This document shows, one piece after another, positions 31,568 to 37,851 of a DNA stretch of 37,851 bases. The position numbers and the translations under genes are program-made. The notes beneath the pieces were generated by a model. That model made no database searches, was not told where the DNA came from, and saw only the letters and a list, made by a program, of their open reading frames with translations. This DNA is from Lophium mytilinum (lineage: Eukaryota), in contig MU004184.1 of the NCBI GenBank assembly GCA_010093605.1, positions 2,366,801 to 2,404,651 on the forward strand, in the 5' to 3' direction. Every line of letters begins with the position of its first letter. The first letter of the stretch is position 1.

Positions 31568-33388
31568 ATGAGCACCACCACACCTCCCGAACCGTACGAT
31601 GAGGGCCACTTCATGGACGAAGTGCACTCTCGAGCCATATCGACCCTCCCACAGTCAATGCCATACTCGAAATCCAGCCTTCTTTCGCTCCCGCCTGCAA
31701 TCCGTGCTTGCATACTTAAACACACTGGGCTCGTACGGCGATGCCCAATCAGTTTGATGAACGAGAGTGATCGGGCTTGCAAATTGAAGGCAGCGGCCTG
31801 GGAACCTGGCATGGCTAAGCCTAACACGGACGAAGAAATATTAAATAGCCATACGGAAGAGCCTCGGTGCTATGGCATGTGCAAATCCTCCAGGGCGTGC
31901 ATCCACCCGGTCATTTCAACGTCCATTCTTCATGTATGCACACAGTTGAGCGACGAGGCGACCAGAATCCTTTACGGCGAGAAGACGTTCGATCTGGCCT
32001 TGTACAGCCCGTTGGCTCTTCGGACGTTTCTCAATCTGAGCAAAGACGCGAGTCCATCGTTGAGACTCGTGCGCGTTTTTCTTTTTTGCGGAAAACTATG
32101 ATTTGGGCTCTACGGCAGAGTCGGAACCGTAGAAGACTGGGAGTTCGTCTGCCAACGATTAGGGGAAAACGCTACCGCTTCCAAGCTAAGTCTGTTCGTC
32201 CCATACGAGGCTCAAGCGCTACTTGTAGAAAATGACTTGATCTGGTGGCAACAATCCCTTCCCCCTCTAGAGCATTTCTCCTTTAGCGTGGACCTTGAAG
32301 GACGGCGCCCCGAATCCCTGTATTCCACGACCACGATTACAGCCATCTAGCTCCAAGCGAAACAACTGACAATCAAGCCGCTCTCTTCCTTTCCAAAGTT
32401 TTTCGACTTCCCACGACATGTCCAAGAAGTGGTCATCGCCCATACCGAACTCGTCATTAATACTCCATCGCAACCCTACAACGGAACCTTCCTGGACAGT
32501 TGTGGAATTTGCATCTCGGCAACGCAACATGGCGTGCCACGTCGTGTTTGTTGCCAGATCTCCAGGCCAGCTCCATGGATTTGGCACTCCGATCCTTGTG
32601 TATGCAGAGACAGGAACATCGGCGGCTACATATGTATATGCAGTGAAAGGAATATGGGCAATTCATGCAGTTGCGCTAAAGTGACCGATGGCGCCGATGG
32701 GGTCTGCAGCTATCACTGGTCCTCCAGCTGCACATGTGACCGCCTTCCATCGACGCTCTTTAGGGTCAGTAAGGCAATGAACAAGCTCGCCACTAGGACT
32801 TACTACCTTCAAAACCAATTCTTCGTTCGCAGCAGTCCCACCACAGGCATTGCAAGCGTATACAACGCCATCACACGTCTTCCCAGGCACAAACTCCGTT
32901 ACATTCGCTACCTCAGGTTGGACGTCCGCGAGTCTAGATTTGAACGTGAGTTCCAGGCCATTGGGACGTGGACAGCGCTGTTCACGCATTTAACGCGCTA
33001 CGGGCATCCCAATCCGGATATACAGATCGTCATGACCGGAGGCGACTGGGGTATATACGACTCGGAACACAACAATCGGACTATCGCCACGCGGACTAAT
33101 AAGATTGTCAAGATACTTCACCGTCTTGGGCCCTATTCTATCGTGTTCAACACCAGGGTATTCGCGCACTGTATGAACGGTCGACTTCTCACCAACAGCA
33201 ATCAATGGTATATAAGTCGACCTGGTCGGCACCAAAATCAATCTTGCCCCGAAAATCGGGTCTATCGGTGTTGGACCTCACCGCTCTCGAGTCCGGGCAG
33301 TCATCATCACGAAGTAGTGTTGGTGTGGTCAATGCGGACTGGGGCTCTCCTACCGGACCCTCAGCCTCTTACTGATTTCCTTTACTGA
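31568..33388 (+). pseudogene. 607-codon frame for a tandem-duplicated F-box-like / Cys-rich protein, interrupted by in-frame TGA (32099-32101) and TAG (32348-32350)
   Basis: ORFs 31568..32101 and 32429..33388 share a frame and the gap is open apart from one TAG. The two halves are similar: LLSLPPAIRACILKHTGLV..SILHVCTQLSDEATRILYGEKTF and FFDFPRHVQEVVIAHTELV..TLFRVSKAMNKLATRTYYLQNQF. Confidence 0.8.
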
Positions 33389-33521
33389 GAGGCGATGTCG
33401 AGACTGGCCGTTTGGCCCGGATCTAGGATCAATGTAGCTGTTACGCGGACGCTTGCGTTTATGTGGAATTCTTAATATACGGTTGATATTTAGATATTGT
33501 ACACGTAATATATAGATCTAC

Positions 33522-36500
33522 TGTAGGAACGCTTTTCTATATAGATCTAGTATAATTAAGGCCTATACAGGCCTCTCTAATATATATATAGCCTAGCTAG
33601 ATTTCTATATAGAATTAATATCTATTATCCTCTAAATTCTTATATTATATAATTAGAAATATTATATCTAGTAGCTTAGTTATAGTTCTAGCTACCTCTA
33701 AAGCCTTCTTAGAGGGCTATTAAGTTCTTAAACTTAATAGTATAGAGCTAGCTAAGGCTATATTCTTATAATTAACCCTTAGTAATAATAAAAGATATTA
33801 GCTTCTATAATTAGTAGAATTTTTAGATTATTATAATAATACTAAGCTGTATTAATAGTTTCTAAAAATTAACCTAATTAGTAATTAATAACAACTATTA
33901 ATAATAGCCTCTAATTAGTATTAGGCTAGTATTATAGTATAACTACCTATTATAAATATTCTTATAAAAATTAAATAGTATAGGTTTAAAGAGCTCTTAG
34001 CTAGAATATTACTATAGAATTTTTCTATTCCTTTTAATACTTCTATATAACTAACTACGCATTCTATTAGCTACTAAAGTAAGATTAATAGTAGAATAGT
34101 AAGAAGAATAATATTATAGCTTAATAGAGCCTAATAATTATATAGTAATTAGAAATCCTTATAAGTTAATTATAAGAAGAAGGCGGAGAAGTTCTTTTAA
34201 GAATCCTCCCTCTCTAATAGAATATTAAAAAGTATTTAAGTAAGAAACTTAATATTACTATCTTAGCACCTTTTTTTTACTCTTTACTTTAATTATATTA
34301 TAGTTATTAACTCTTTTCTACTCTTTCTTATTCTTAGATATTTTATAACCCTTAGCTTTCTTTTATATTTAGTAATAGATATTATTATTTTAATAGATTA
34401 CCTTCTAACCTTTAAGAACTCTTCTAAAGGCTCTTTTAGTTTAGTACTATATTTTATAATCTATTTAATCTAATATTAGCCTTATAGACTAAGTAGGCCG
34501 CTACTCTAGAATTTATTAAGCTACTAGTTTAAGATTCTCTAATTATTTATAGTAGTACTCTAGCCTATAATCTAGGGCTTACCTATTAAGGGCTATTATT
34601 TACACCTTCTTTAAATAGCTATTAATACTTCTAAGCCCCTATAATAGAGTATATAATAAATTACTAGAAACTAGAACTCTTTAGTTTTATATTAGCTTCT
34701 TTTATATAATAGTAGTAGGCTACTATACTAGAATAGCTATAAGCTATAGTCTCTAAGTACTATACCCGCGTTAAGAATGTATTAGATAACTTCTAGCAGT
34801 AGCCTACTTCTTAGAGTACTACTAACTTCTAGAGTCTACTATCTAATACTTTTTTAGATTATCTAATACTAGACTATAATAAGCCTTTATTAGAATAAAC
34901 TATATAAGAGCTTTAATAAGCCTTTAAAAGAATATTAGCTATAAGAGAACCTTATTTAATAGTGCTATTTAAAGTTTTTATAAGAACTCCCGCTATATAG
35001 TTAGGTAAAGTTAATAATAATATATACTCTATCTAGATAATTTAAATATATAACTTTATTACTATATAAGCGGACGCCTATTAATAGGTTTACTAGTAGA
35101 TACTAGAAACTTAAAAAATTTAGCTAGCCGGTAGCTATATAGCTAGAACTGTAGCTATTTAATAGAACTAAGATATTTAATAGTACTACTAAGATAATAC
35201 TAAGTTTACTATATTAGATTAGTTTTTTACTACCTTTAGCCGCTACTATAAGAGTATAGATACACTAAAGTAATACTAACACCGCTTTAATAAAATAGTA
35301 TAGATAACTAGTACTTAATAGTTCTTTAATAAGCTTATTAAAGCTACTTATATATGCCCTCTTAATATAGCTCTATCTAATTTTAAGGTATATTAACGTG
35401 CCTGCGCAGGTTTAAAACCTAGCCTTAAGTTTTATATTAATACCTAAGCGTAGGCCCCTTCTAATTTTAATAAATAGATAGTGTAGGTTACTACTACTAA
35501 TAAGTATTAGATCTTCTAGTATAAGAGAATAAGAGACTATTAGGGCCGCCTTAATACTATCTCTAGGGCTAATAAAGAATTAGATAATAATTACTTCTAA
35601 GAAACTAATATTAATCCTAATAAATATAAATATCTAAATACTAAAGATAACGCTAAACTTAATGCCTTTAAAGGTAGAAATACTACTAGATCTTAAAAAC
35701 GCGGTTAAGGCTATAGCGGATATAGTAAAGGTACTACTTAATAGAATACTAATATGCGTAAGTACTATAATTATAGTAAGAAGGGCTATATTAAACGCAA
35801 CTATATTTAGCTAGCTAAGAAGCTATTAAAAAACTAGAAGGGTTAGTAGCCTTAAAGTAACTAACTAATCTAAAAGATAAGACTTCTACTTTTTATAAAC
35901 TTATAATAGAAAAGAATTAGCTGCCCTTTAATAATTCTTCTAACTAAATTATTATTAAATTAATAGAAGAAAGAATCTACTACCTTAACTTTCTAGGTAA
36001 ACGTCTTTTAGAATATAAGAGAACTTTAGAACTATCTAACTATTAGAAAAAAACTACCTTCTTAATTAATTATAGCGCTAATTCTATCTATATATTATTA
36101 AAGTATACTTAATATTAGCTAAGAAATATTAAAATAATAGCCCCTAAGGTAGTTAAACTTCTCTTAGGTATAACTATAATTAGTATAAAAGCCTTAGAGA
36201 TTCTATTTAAAATCTATATACTATTAGATACTCTAACTATGCATATTCTAGACCTTAAAGGGTATTAATGCATTCTTAGTATAACCTAGCTATAGTAATA
36301 CTAAGCTATTATTAACTTCTTTACTAATTCTATTACCTTATAAACGCAGGTTAGCCGCAACCTAAAGATTAAACTAGTAGCTTATTAGCTTAATATATTA
36401 AGCCCTATTATAGACCTTAGTCTCTCTAAACTAGAATACTAGGGTTTTATTAATATAATATCCTATTAGAAGTATAAGAGGCTCTTAGTAGATAAGCTTA

Positions 36501-37851
36501 ATTCTGCTTACCTTTATATTATAAAAGCTTCTAATAAACTAACGCCGGATTAGGTACTATAATCTAGTACTAATCCGCTATTAGAAGATAAGAATTTATT
36601 ACCCCTAATTAATTATATTACTACTTCTATATAAGAGAAGTTCTAAAAGCTTCTTAAAGAGTATAGACCTTATTTCTATAATATTCTTTCTAATATTTTA
36701 CCGCCTAAGTATAGATATAACTATCTAATTAATACTAGAGATATAAAGCTAGTAAATAATACTATATACCGCCTCTTATATTATTAAATAGAGAAATAGA
36801 CCTAATAAATCTATAAGCTACTAAAATAGGGCCTTATCTAAGAGTCTATTAGTGCCTAGAAATCTTTAGTTCTTTTTATTCTAAAGCTAAATAGTAAGTA
36901 GTAAATATATATTAACTATAGAGCACTTAATCTAGTAACCTAAAAGAATATCTACTCTCTACTATATATTAATAACTACCTATAGTTATTTAGAAAGGCT
37001 AGATTCTTTACTAAGATTAATTTAACCTCTAGATATTACTAGCTGCATATTTATTAATTAGACGTCTATAAGACTACTTTTAATATAATTAAAGAGAAAT
37101 TTAAATTTCTAGTTATACCTTTTAGCCTTTATAATGCTCCTGCTACCTTTTAAGCTATTATAAATAACACCTTATAACTATATCTATATTAATTTATACT
37201 TATCTATATAGATAATATTATAGTATTTTTAGAAATATTAGAAAAGTATCTTAACTACCTCTAATTATTATTTAAAGCTCTTAGAAAGAAATAACTATTT
37301 ACTAAAACTAATAAGTACTTAATTACTTAAGAAACTATTAAGTTCTATAGCTATATAGTTTCTTATAGAACTGTAAAACTAATAACTAATAAACTAGACG
37401 CTATTTAGTATTAGCCTATTTCTACTAATATCTATAAAGTCTAATAGTTTATTAGACTAGCAATATACTATTAAAAGTTTATTAAGAACTTTACCTATAT
37501 ATTAGTACCTCTCTATAAGCTTCTAAAGAAAAGCAACACTATAATATAAAAGAAAAAGTACTAAGCTATTATATAGAATGTTAGCTATTAAATTACTTTT
37601 AACTCCCTTAAGCAAAAGCTTATTAAATACCCTATGCTCGCCCTTATTAACTAGTTAAAGTCCTTTTAGATTAAAATAGACACTTCTAATTTTACTATTA
37701 AAATAGTCCTTCTCTAATAAGGAGAAGATAGTAAGTAGCACCCTATTATATTTAATAGTTAGAAGCTTAATAAAGCTAAATTAAACTATCTAGTTTATAA
37801 AAAAGAACTTCTAGTAATTAAAGAAGCGCTTAGAATTTAGTAATACTATAT
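33522..37851 (+). mobile_element. Heavily RIP-mutated Ty3/Gypsy LTR retrotransposon (protease-RT-RNase H), truncated by the window end; left boundary approximate
   Basis: There is an abrupt switch to AT-rich, TpA-saturated DNA with almost no CpA or TpG. Relic motifs: protease LINYSAN (LIDCGAN, 36062-36082), RT INYRALN (36911-36931), PFSLYNAPATF, YIDNI (YxDD, 37205-37216), RNase H IDTSNF (about 37676) and NYLVYKKELLVI. A candidate LTR start TGTAGG lies at 33522. Confidence 0.93.

Overview
Filamentous ascomycete (Pezizomycotina, probably Dothideomycete) nuclear DNA, inferred from short GT..CTAAC..YAG introns, RIP-type mutation and gene content. There are three zones. (1) About 1-13.3 kb is accessory-looking. 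It holds a decayed spliced locus, a 162-bp tandem array with an inverted partial copy bracketing a 3-exon gene with two AHC1-like C2H2 fingers, a 12-bp minisatellite, a strongly structured candidate ncRNA hairpin (TATA, G-U-rich rod, C(UUCG)G loop, T6), and a 1626-aa single-exon protein with three TAF12-N-terminus-like repeats, a long coiled coil and an acidic tail. (2) About 13.6-30.7 kb holds core genes: ILM1, M19 dipeptidase, FAP1/NFX1, BIG1/Ac45-like, an F-box-like gene, serine/threonine dehydratase and RAM2. (3) About 31.5-37.85 kb is a two-stop pseudogene abutting a heavily RIP-mutated Ty3/Gypsy retrotransposon that runs off the window. Exon-intron structures were derived by hand. Family assignments come from recalled motifs, not database searches.
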